Source of the DNA: a candidate division FCPU426 bacterium
Lineage (GTDB): Bacteria; Oederibacteriota; JAAXVQ01; JAUVAV01
DNA length: 12,213 nt
NCBI GenBank assembly: GCA_030637655.1
Contig: DAOWGI010000053.1
Coordinates: forward strand, 1-12,213
Direction: 5' to 3'
The notes beneath the pieces were generated by a model. It saw nothing but the letters and a program-made list of their open reading frames with translations, had not been told where the DNA came from and searched no databases. The position numbers were made by a program, and so were the translations under genes. The number at the start of each line of letters is the position of its first letter. The stretch's first letter is position 1. Positions 1 to 7,292 of the stretch are shown here, in pieces.

Positions 1-13
1 GATAATTTTAATC

Positions 14-78
14 GTAGGGGCACCCCTTGCGGGTGCCCTTCAAATTAAAACCAGGGCAGGGGCAAGCCCTGCCCCTAC
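14..78. repeat. Inverted doublet of GTAG-family REP hairpins (REPIN-like)
   Basis: 14-39 (+) reads GTAG-GGGCACCC-CTTGC-GGGTGCCC-T. 53-78 (-) reads GTAG-GGGCAGGG-CTTGC-CCCTGCCC-T. Both have an 8-bp stem and the same CTTGC loop, and they are separated by a 13-bp AT-rich spacer. Confidence 0.85.
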
Positions 79-96
79 GGGAATATAAAAATCCTG

Positions 97-141
97 CGGG
101 TATGGCAGCCTTTGTTTAACTGTAGTTCACTGACATATTAC
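97..141. mobile_element. Diverged right end of the MITE-like element also present at 7055-7191; its left end is not in the window
   Basis: 97-141 aligns without gaps to 7147-7191 at 37/45 identity (109-141 vs 7159-7191: 28/33). The similarity ends at the terminal TTAC. Confidence 0.6.
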
Positions 142-154
142 AAACACGGTCCAA

Positions 155-1345
155 TTATGGCGCCCGCTGCTTTTCTTGCTGGTATTGACGAATTCCCTGT
201 TCAATACCCTCGGCCAGTTTGAGACAAAATTTTCGGCTGCGCAACTTCTGTTCTTCATTACGATTACTGATAAAAGCCGTTTCAATTAAAATAGACGGCA
301 TGTGGGATTTGGCCAGAACATAAAACGGAGCGCGTTCAATGTGTTTTACCTGCAACTTCAATTTGCTGAATTGTTGACTAATCAAACCTCCGACCGTAAT
401 GCTGGACTCCTCATGTACTGACTGGCGTAAATCGTCTTTAATTATCTCCAAGTAATTGGCATCTTGGTTTTCCAAACGGGCTGCTTCTGCCGCCTGTTTA
501 GATGAGGCTTCCCGATTATAGATAAACACTTGGCTGCCGTTTGCTTTCCGGTTGCGGGAGGCATTGGCATGCACTGAAACAAAGAGATCCGCCTGGGCGC
601 GGTTGGCTATCGCGGCCCGGTCTTTTAGTTTAATGAATACATCTGTTTTCCTGGTCATAATCACTTTAACACCGCGCTTTTTTAACAGCTTGGCCAATTG
701 TGTGGCAACCTCCAGCGTGACCGTCTTTTCCTGCAAACGTGTGGGACCAATAGCGCCCGGATCTTTTCCGCCATGGCCGGCATCCACCACAACCACCAGT
801 TCTTTCTTGGACTGAGTTGTCTTGGCCAACGGGCTTGCTTGACGTGCCGGTTTTGGAGCCGCTCTTACCTGACCCACTTGAAAAAGACGCTGTTTGGCAT
901 CATAGGTCGGAATCCGATTCCCAATGGCTTTCCAGATCACTACCAGGGATTCCGGAGAAACCTGTACCTGTCCACGACTTAATTTTACCAAGTGCGGCAA
1001 ACGAATAAAGGCCTTACGATCCACCACAATCTTAGGCATATCTAAGGCAATTACGGCTTGCCGGCCGGACGAACCTTTGACCACCACCTTGTGTGTGCTT
1101 GCGCGCCAAGTGGTTTTCCCGCCCAAATACTCCACAGCTGCTTTGAGCTGAATCATTAACACTCCCTGGTCATGACGAGCAGGCAGAGTCAAAAATTTGG
1201 TCTTTTGGCGTGATTCCAACCGAATACCACTAGGCTCAACACTCCGCGCATTGGAAACAGTCGCGCCCCAGCACGACACCTCCAGTAGTGTCATCACGCC
1301 CAGCAGCAATAACCCCAGCCCATATCCTTGCCCCTGGTTCCGCAT
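155..1345 (-). CDS. amiC: N-acetylmuramoyl-L-alanine amidase (Amidase_3, AmiA/B/C-like), exported, with a copper-amine-oxidase-N-terminal-like (stalk) domain
   Basis: Zn-amidase motifs VVVDAGHGGKDPGA, EK, LFVSVHANAS and SILIETAFISN. Hydrophobic N-terminal signal or anchor (GLGLLLLGVMTLL). The ATG overlaps the ftsZ stop (TAATG). The gene symbol is a family-level label only. Confidence 0.9.
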   Translation of the reverse strand: MRNQGQGYGLGLLLLGVMTLLEVSCWGATVSNARSVEPSGIRLESRQKTKFLTLPARHDQGVLMIQLKAAVEYLGGKTTWRASTHKVVVKGSSGRQAVIALDMPKIVVDRKAFIRLPHLVKLSRGQVQVSPESLVVIWKAIGNRIPTYDAKQRLFQVGQVRAAPKPARQASPLAKTTQSKKELVVVVDAGHGGKDPGAIGPTRLQEKTVTLEVATQLAKLLKKRGVKVIMTRKTDVFIKLKDRAAIANRAQADLFVSVHANASRNRKANGSQVFIYNREASSKQAAEAARLENQDANYLEIIKDDLRQSVHEESSITVGGLISQQFSKLKLQVKHIERAPFYVLAKSHMPSILIETAFISNRNEEQKLRSRKFCLKLAEGIEQGIRQYQQEKQRAP

Positions 1346-2499
1346 TATTTCGCCTCAACCTTGCGTCGTAGAAATGTCGGAATATCCAAATCCAATTCAT
1401 GGATTTCCGGCTCCATGACAAAACCATCAGTATTACGACGTTGTGCTTCACGCCCTTTGAGATAGGACTGCAAATCCATACTCTTATTGCCCCGATACTT
1501 CAAGTCTTCCCGTTTTAGCTGCGCCTTATGCAATTGAAAGCCGGTGGCAATCACAGTGATTTTAACTTCATCATTCATGTTTTCGCTCACCACAGAACCA
1601 AAAATCACATTCGCATCCTTACCGGCAGCATCAAAAATCGCGCTGGATGCTTCACTGGCTTCGTGCAAGGTCAATGTTTTGCCGCCGGTGATATTGATCA
1701 ACAAGCCCTTGGCACCGGCAATATTCACATCTTCCAGCAACGGGCTGGTAATGGCTTCTTTGGCTGCTTTCAACGCGCGTTGCTCACCACTCGCGGTTCC
1801 GGTACCCATGAGCGCTCCGCCCATTTCCGACATCACTGTTTTAATGTCGGCAAAATCCAGATTGATAATGCCGGACACTGTAATCAACTCAGCAATACTT
1901 TGTACGGCCTGGCGCAAAATATCATCCGCATATTTAAACGCATCCACCAGAGTGGTTTGTTGGCTGACCACCTGTAACAAGCGTTCATTGGGAACCGTAA
2001 TTACAGTATCACAGGCTTCTTGTAAAGCGAGATATCCCGCTTCCGCTTGTTCCCGACGCGTGCGTCCTTCGAAAACAAAGGGCCTGGTGACCACGGCTAC
2101 GGTTAAAATACCTTGTTTGCGGGCGATCTCAGCAATCACCGGCGCGGCCCCGGTACCGGTTCCGCCACCCAACCCAGCTGTTATAAAAACCATGTGTGTC
2201 CCGTCAATAGCTGCCGCAATTTCTTCGTGGCTCTCCAGGGCGGCTTTCCGGCCTACTTCCGGATCAGCGCCGGCGCCCAACCCGGAGGTAATCTGCCTGC
2301 CGATTTGCATTTTGACCGGCGCTTTGGATGCAATTAAATCCTGAGCATCCGTGTTTACCACCATGTATTCCACACCACGAATGCCAATGTCAATCATCCG
2401 GTTGACCGCATTGTTACCACCACCCCCGACACCAACCACTTTTATTTTTGCTGACAATTCAGAAAGATCATCTTCGAATTCGAACCGCATATCGCTCAT
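1345..2499 (-). CDS. ftsZ: Cell division protein FtsZ
   Basis: [17 protein letters not shown], tubulin signature GGGTGTG, INLDFAD, and C-terminal core peptide LDIPTFLRR. Preceded by an AAGGAGG Shine-Dalgarno sequence. Confidence 0.99.
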   Translation of the reverse strand: MSDMRFEFEDDLSELSAKIKVVGVGGGGNNAVNRMIDIGIRGVEYMVVNTDAQDLIASKAPVKMQIGRQITSGLGAGADPEVGRKAALESHEEIAAAIDGTHMVFITAGLGGGTGTGAAPVIAEIARKQGILTVAVVTRPFVFEGRTRREQAEAGYLALQEACDTVITVPNERLLQVVSQQTTLVDAFKYADDILRQAVQSIAELITVSGIINLDFADIKTVMSEMGGALMGTGTASGEQRALKAAKEAITSPLLEDVNIAGAKGLLINITGGKTLTLHEASEASSAIFDAAGKDANVIFGSVVSENMNDEVKITVIATGFQLHKAQLKREDLKYRGNKSMDLQSYLKGREAQRRNTDGFVMEPEIHELDLDIPTFLRRKVEAK

Positions 2500-2507
2500 G
2501 ATTTCAC

Positions 2508-2514
2508 CCTCCTT
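2508..2514 (-). promoter_or_regulatory. Ribosome-binding site of ftsZ
   Basis: AAGGAGG on the minus strand, 8 nt upstream of the ATG at 2499. Confidence 0.8.
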
Positions 2515-2525
2515 TTAATATGTTG

Positions 2526-2553
2526 GTAGAGACGCGATTAATCGCGTCTCTAC
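2526..2553. repeat. Perfect 28-bp GTAG...CTAC palindrome (REP-type) between ftsA and ftsZ
   Basis: GTAGAGACGCGATT|AATCGCGTCTCTAC is an exact inverted repeat. Confidence 0.85.
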
Positions 2554-2556
2554 AGC

Positions 2557-3804
2557 TTAGAAATAATCCGAAAACCACTCTTTCATACGTTCCAAAGTGC
2601 GATTGAACAGATTGCGTTCAGTAGTAAACCGGGGCTGTCGGCCTATTGGCCTTCTCTTGGATCCAAAACAGACCAAACCCACTGCTGTTGAGTACTTCGG
2701 CGAGATGATCACATCAATCATACCGGTCACATTACGCGGAATCCCAATCCGCACCGGAACCTGCAAAATTTCCTCTGCCAACTGCTCGGTGCCGGCCAAA
2801 AGCGAAGACCCCCCGGTTAAAACCACACCGGCAGCCGCTTTTTCTTCAAATCCGTTTTTTTTAATTTCCATATCTATCAGCTCAAATATTTCTTCCATGC
2901 GCGGCTGGATAATTTCCGCCAATTCCCGACGCGGCATGATTCTAGGTGAGCGTCCACCAACCCCCGGAACATTAATTTCCTGCCCTTCTTCGACAAAAGC
3001 CACTGAGGCACAGCCATATTTATTCTTAATTTCCTCTGCCTCATGATTGGGAGTCCGCAGACCAATGGCAATGTCAGAAGTCAACTGGTTGCCGCCAATA
3101 GCCAGAACGCTGGAGTGCCACAAAGACCCATCCACAAAAATGGCAATATCCGTGGTTCCGCCTCCAATATCCACCAGCACCACACCCAATTCCCGTTCAT
3201 CCGGAGTTAAAACCGCTTCGGCGCTCGCCAAGGGTTGCAACACTATGTCTTCCACAGCATACCCGGCACGTTCCACACTTTTGATAATGTTTTGCACACT
3301 GGTTACTGCTCCGGTCACAATGTGCACTTCCGCTTCCAAGCGCACACCGGACATACCTGTCGGTTCTTTGATGCCATCTTGATTATCAATTATGTATTCC
3401 TGTGGAATCACATGAATCACTTCACGATCCAGAGGCAAGGCAATGGCTTTAGCCGCGTCCACCACCCGGTCCACGTCTTCCTGGTTTATCTCCTTGTCTT
3501 TGCGCGAGACCGCAATAACCCCGTGCGAATTAATCCCTTTAATATGCCCGCCGGCAATTCCGGTAAACACCGATCCGACCGAGACACCCGCCATGCGCTC
3601 GGCTTCCTGCACTGCGGCTTTAACCGATTCAATCGTCGTCTCAATATTTACTACCACACCTTTGCGCAGACCTTTGGACGGTTTTACCCCGACCCCAATA
3701 ATGTTAATCAAACCGTCTGCTTGTACTTCAGCAATCACCGCGCATATCTTAGTGGTGCCCAAATCCAATCCGACAATTAAATTGTCATGCAGATCTTTAC
3801 CCAT
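2557..3804 (-). CDS. ftsA: Cell division protein FtsA (415 aa)
   Basis: Actin-like motifs VGLDLGTTKI, VDIGGGTTD and GVVLTGG, plus a C-terminal amphipathic helix (RMKEWFSDYF). Start moved from 3864 to the ATG at 3804 because a GGAGGTG SD precedes it and this removes the overlap with ftsQ. Confidence 0.98.
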   Translation of the reverse strand: MGKDLHDNLIVGLDLGTTKICAVIAEVQADGLINIIGVGVKPSKGLRKGVVVNIETTIESVKAAVQEAERMAGVSVGSVFTGIAGGHIKGINSHGVIAVSRKDKEINQEDVDRVVDAAKAIALPLDREVIHVIPQEYIIDNQDGIKEPTGMSGVRLEAEVHIVTGAVTSVQNIIKSVERAGYAVEDIVLQPLASAEAVLTPDERELGVVLVDIGGGTTDIAIFVDGSLWHSSVLAIGGNQLTSDIAIGLRTPNHEAEEIKNKYGCASVAFVEEGQEINVPGVGGRSPRIMPRRELAEIIQPRMEEIFELIDMEIKKNGFEEKAAAGVVLTGGSSLLAGTEQLAEEILQVPVRIGIPRNVTGMIDVIISPKYSTAVGLVCFGSKRRPIGRQPRFTTERNLFNRTLERMKEWFSDYF

Positions 3805-3808
3805 AGTT

Positions 3809-4618
3809 TCACCTCCGACGCTTTGGCCGAACCACAACGTGCTGGTTATAACGAAGGTCGACAAACGCTATTTTTTTTTGCTTCACGCGTATATCGCTAA
3901 TAACCGCACCCAGACGTTTTAAGTCGCGTTCCAGGGTCCGACCGTGGCGAAGCAGTATTTTTATGGCATCCCGCGTATACAGTACCACACCCTCACGCGA
4001 ACCAATGTTAACCTCGGAAATCTGACCACAATATGGCACGGCCAAAATTTCGCGAATCAAATCAATGTCGATTTCCGCGCGCAGGATCACGCCCAGATTG
4101 CCGGGCACCTCCCGCACAACCAAGCCGGTAATAACCGGCAAATCTCCGGGCAAGGTTTCATATGGCAACGGCCACAACGTCCCATTTTCATCCAGCATAA
4201 ATAAACCTGTATCCAATATTATTGCCAATGGTTTCACGGGCCATGATGGGGACGGCCCAATACTCTCTTTCACAGCCAAGTGTTCTTTTATTTTTTGCCG
4301 CGCCTCAGATGCGTTGACCTCATTGTCCTGCCCCAGCCAATTTTTAATCCCAACCCAAGTCGCGTTGATTTTTCCCAGGACTTCCACGCGCAAGGTCCGC
4401 TCTTTTCCCAACACCACTACGCTCAGGACCAACAAGAGCAACACCACCACACAACGACCGGCGCGACGCAGTGTCCACGCATGTCCGAACAGCCATGCCT
4501 CCCAGTGCCGGGCTTTGGTAAAACGCCTCTGTTTTTGATAACAGTTGGTTTTTACTTTTTCCCGTTTGCGTTGCGGCTGCAAACGGTTGGTATAGGACCA
4601 ACCGTAATACCCACTCAT
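3809..4618 (-). CDS. ftsQ: Cell division protein FtsQ/DivIB-like, divergent
   Basis: Lies between ddl and ftsA. Basic N-terminal tail, one TM segment (CVVVLLLLVLSVVVLG), PLA...LDENG...LPVITG, and C-terminal FVDLRY..VVV. The ATG overlaps the ddl stop (ATGA). Confidence 0.85.
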   Translation of the reverse strand: MSGYYGWSYTNRLQPQRKREKVKTNCYQKQRRFTKARHWEAWLFGHAWTLRRAGRCVVVLLLLVLSVVVLGKERTLRVEVLGKINATWVGIKNWLGQDNEVNASEARQKIKEHLAVKESIGPSPSWPVKPLAIILDTGLFMLDENGTLWPLPYETLPGDLPVITGLVVREVPGNLGVILRAEIDIDLIREILAVPYCGQISEVNIGSREGVVLYTRDAIKILLRHGRTLERDLKRLGAVISDIRVKQKKIAFVDLRYNQHVVVRPKRRR

Positions 4619-5598
4619 AGTGTTTTTCCTAAAGCTTCCAGAATCAACCGCAGAATGAGTTCTGCAAAAGAAATCCCCGCGTGTTGTGCAGCTTCCGGCA
4701 ATAAACTGGTCGCTGTCATCCCGGGCAGGGTGTTGACTTCTAAAATATTTATCCAGCGCCCGGAAGATACGATCATATCAATCCGCACAGCGCCTTGACA
4801 CCCTAGGGCAGCAGCGGTCTTTACGGCCAGCGCTTGCGCTTTCCGGGTCACAGTTGCTGATAAACGGGCGGGAATAATGTGTTTTGACATACCGGCCACG
4901 TACTTGGCCTCATAATCATAAAACGCCTTTTTCGGCACGATCTCAATTACCGGTAAAGCTCTGCCGCTTAAAACACCAATCGATATCTCACGACCCGGCA
5001 CATACTGTTCAATCATGATCTCAGCGCCGAACTGTTTGGCTTGTTTCCAGGCCGCTGCCAACTCCGTCTGCTCGCGCACCACAGAAACCCCAATGGCCGA
5101 TCCTTGTTGATTGGGTTTTATCACTACCGGCAGTTTTATCCCGCGCGGCACTGTACTGCTCCCAGGCAGCATTTTCCAGGGTGCGGTTGGCAACCCGGCG
5201 CTCTGCATCACTTGTTTGGCCAGATGTTTATTCATGGCCAAGGATGAAGCCAACACACCGGAACCGGTCACAGGAATCCCAAACCACTCGAACAACCCCT
5301 GAACAACACCATCTTCGCCACCCGGACCGTGCAGACCATTTACTACCACTGCCGGTTGCTTGCGAATGATTTCAAGTATATCTCCGCGTTGTTTGACATC
5401 CACGCCGGTTACCTTGATTTTTTGCGCGCGCAATGCTGTGAGCATGGCTTGGCCGCTCAAGAGTGAAATTTCCCGTTCGGCAGACATGCCGCCCATCATG
5501 ATTATAACCGTGCGCGTGCCCAGTTTACGTGCCAACCGGGCCGGGCCACGGCCTGAACGTTTCTGCTTTACTCCTGCACGCTGCAGCAATGCTCTCAC
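4615..5598 (-). CDS. ddl: D-alanine--D-alanine ligase
   Basis: Motifs GGMSAEREISLLSG, LHGPGGEDG, VIKP..QGSAIG, omega loop FYDYEAKY (Tyr form, typical of D-Ala-D-Ala ligases) and EVNTLPGMT. GTG at 5598 is preferred over 5607 because AAGGAG lies 8 nt upstream of it. Confidence 0.97.
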   Translation of the reverse strand: MRALLQRAGVKQKRSGRGPARLARKLGTRTVIIMMGGMSAEREISLLSGQAMLTALRAQKIKVTGVDVKQRGDILEIIRKQPAVVVNGLHGPGGEDGVVQGLFEWFGIPVTGSGVLASSLAMNKHLAKQVMQSAGLPTAPWKMLPGSSTVPRGIKLPVVIKPNQQGSAIGVSVVREQTELAAAWKQAKQFGAEIMIEQYVPGREISIGVLSGRALPVIEIVPKKAFYDYEAKYVAGMSKHIIPARLSATVTRKAQALAVKTAAALGCQGAVRIDMIVSSGRWINILEVNTLPGMTATSLLPEAAQHAGISFAELILRLILEALGKTL

Positions 5599-5614
5599 TT
5601 CCGTCACTCCTTCT

Positions 5615-7030
5615 TCACTTGGTTCTGCGGCTTACTTTTTTCAATACTTTATTACGTCTCTTTTTTCTCTCACTTTCCAGCAATTGATCTGTCAGTTTCC
5701 AAACATCTCCCGCGCCCATAGTTATTAATAAATCACCGGCTCTTAGTTCACGTTTCACTTTGGGCAATAATTTTGCCAAAGACATGGGAACCACATCCAC
5801 CGGATGTCCTTCCAGCCGCAATTGATCGGCAATTAATTGGGAAGACACACCCGGCAGCGGCCGTTCCCGGGCCGGATAAATATCCGCCAAATAAATAATA
5901 TCCGCCTGCAGCAAAGCCCTGGCAAAATCCCGATACAGCCGCTGCGTACGCGAGTACAGATGCGGTTGAAAGACCACTATCACCCGTCCTGGTTTCAAGG
6001 AGCGCGCGGCTGCCAAGGTCGCCGCTACTTCCGTGGGATGATGAGCATAATCATCAACTACCAAGGCTTTTTTCAATTCCCCTTTTCGTTCAAAACGACG
6101 GCGAACACCGGTAAATGTTTCCATTCCTTTCTGGATAGTTGCGAAAGAAACGCCCAGTTCCAGCGCCATGCCCGTGGCAGCCAAAGCATTCAATACATTA
6201 AACCGGCCCGGCAAATGCAATTGCAGCCGGCCCAAACGCCGGCGATTGCGGATTACCATGAAATTCTGCTTTAGTTCCGTGCTGACCAGGGCTTCGGCTC
6301 TTAAATCAGCTTCCGGCCGGAAACCATACGTGACTTTCCGTTTTACCAAGCGCGGTAAAATAGCGTGTACCCCCGGATCATCCAAATTTAATACTGTGGT
6401 TCCCCAAAACGGAACCCGGTTAATAAAATTTACAAACGCGTCATCCAAAGCCGCGCGCGAGCCGTAATTTTCCAGATGATCATCATCAATGTTAGTCACC
6501 GCCACCGCGGTGGGGGAAAGATGTAAAAAAGAGGAATACGCTTCGCACGCTTCCACCACAAAATACTCTCCTTTTCCCATACGCGCACCCTGATTGATGT
6601 TGTTCAATACACCACCAATGATCATGGTCGGATCCATATTAGCTTGCGCCAAAATCCAAGCCAATATGGACGTGGTGGTCGTTTTTCCATGCGTTCCCGC
6701 AATAGCCACACCTTTTTTTAATTGCATCAAGTCGTTCAGTATCTGAGCGCGCGGCACCACCGGCAGATTCCGATCACGCGCTTCCACGATTTCCGGATTG
6801 GTGTCCGGTACAGCATTGGAAACCACAACCACCTCGGCATTATCCGGCAAATTCTCGCCGCGATGCCCGTTCTTAATTTTGGCGCCCAAACGTTTCAGCC
6901 TACGGGTTATCTCGGTTTCCTTTAAATCGGAACCTGTAATGCGGTAGCCTAGATTCAACAGTACTTCCGCAATTCCGCTCATACCCGAACCGCCGATTCC
7001 GATAAAATGTATTTTTTGTTTGTTGCGCAT
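5615..7030 (-). CDS. murC: UDP-N-acetylmuramate--L-alanine ligase
   Basis: Motifs IHFIGIGGSGMSG, GTHGKTTT, GVRRRFE, DDYAHHPTE, FQPHLYSRT and MGAGD. ATG at 7030 with upstream AAGGA is preferred over the GTG at 7051. Confidence 0.98.
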   Translation of the reverse strand: MRNKQKIHFIGIGGSGMSGIAEVLLNLGYRITGSDLKETEITRRLKRLGAKIKNGHRGENLPDNAEVVVVSNAVPDTNPEIVEARDRNLPVVPRAQILNDLMQLKKGVAIAGTHGKTTTTSILAWILAQANMDPTMIIGGVLNNINQGARMGKGEYFVVEACEAYSSFLHLSPTAVAVTNIDDDHLENYGSRAALDDAFVNFINRVPFWGTTVLNLDDPGVHAILPRLVKRKVTYGFRPEADLRAEALVSTELKQNFMVIRNRRRLGRLQLHLPGRFNVLNALAATGMALELGVSFATIQKGMETFTGVRRRFERKGELKKALVVDDYAHHPTEVAATLAAARSLKPGRVIVVFQPHLYSRTQRLYRDFARALLQADIIYLADIYPARERPLPGVSSQLIADQLRLEGHPVDVVPMSLAKLLPKVKRELRAGDLLITMGAGDVWKLTDQLLESERKKRRNKVLKKVSRRTK

Positions 7031-7054
7031 ATCAATTCCTTTGTTGGACACGGT

Positions 7055-7191
7055 GTAACAGGTCAGTGAAGCGTTTTTTTAGTTTGTCATCCCCGAACGC
7101 TTGTATCGGGGATATGGTTTAAAAACCGGATTCCCGATTAAACCCTCGGGAATGACAACCTTTGTTTAACTGCACTTGACTGACCTGTTAC
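7055..7191. mobile_element. 137-bp non-coding MITE-like element with terminal inverted repeats
   Basis: GTAACAGGTCAGT (7055-7067) and ACTGACCTGTTAC (7179-7191) form a perfect 13-bp inverted repeat that extends to 16/17. A second copy of the right end occurs at 97-141. It has no coding capacity. Confidence 0.7.
7084..7158. repeat. TGTC-tagged inverted double hairpin (resembles CGTC-family REP or dRS3-like repeats) inside the MITE
   Basis: Outer ends TTGTCAT (7084-7090) and ATGACAA (7152-7158). Hairpin 1 is ATCCCCGA-N9-TCGGGGAT (7089-7113). Hairpin 2 is ATTCCCGA-N8-TCGGGAAT (7130-7153). A short GGTTT/AAACC inverted repeat lies between them. Confidence 0.75.
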
Positions 7192-7245
7192 GGCACAGCA
7201 CTTGTCATTGCGTAACCTTAGCTAATACGGATGCCGTGCCCCTAC
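7192..7245 (-). repeat. GTAG-family REP hairpin with a long loop, abutting the MITE right end
   Basis: Minus strand reads GTAGG-GGCACGGCA-(31 nt)-TGCTGTGCC. The 9-bp stem has one G.T pair. Confidence 0.6.
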
Positions 7246-7264
7246 CAATTAATTATTTTTTTCT

Positions 7265-7292
7265 GTAGGGCGGGTTTAGAACCCGCCCCTAC
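7265..7292. repeat. GTAG...CTAC palindrome (REP-type) immediately after the murG stop
   Basis: GTAGGGCGGGTT-TAG-AACCCGCCCCTAC. The arms differ by a single-base indel in the G/C run. Confidence 0.85.

Noticed and set aside
40..78. Operon terminator after the amidase (hairpin followed by TGGTTTTAATTT on the minus strand)
   Set aside because: Possible, but the T-run is offset from the stem and the hairpin is one half of a REP doublet, so it is not called separately.
1544..2344. 266-aa plus-strand ORF
   Set aside because: It is the codon-register antisense shadow of ftsZ, with no recognisable motifs.
2526..2553. Intrinsic terminator call for the intra-operon hairpins (also 12043-12070)
   Set aside because: No U-tract directly follows them on the transcribed strand, and the GTAG tag fits REP elements better.
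3805..3864. 20-aa N-terminal extension of FtsA in the ORF track
   Set aside because: It overlaps the ftsQ 3' end, and a strong GGAGGTG SD supports the ATG at 3804.
4615..5598. VanA-type or D-Ala-D-Lac ligase
   Set aside because: The omega loop is FYDYEAKY (Tyr type), the gene is in the dcw operon, and no van genes are present.
7084..7158. tRNA or known ncRNA, suggested by the 75-nt multi-arm fold
   Set aside because: It has no T-loop GTTCRA, no D-loop pattern, no 7-nt anticodon loop and no CCA end. The symmetry is explained by an inverted repeat doublet.
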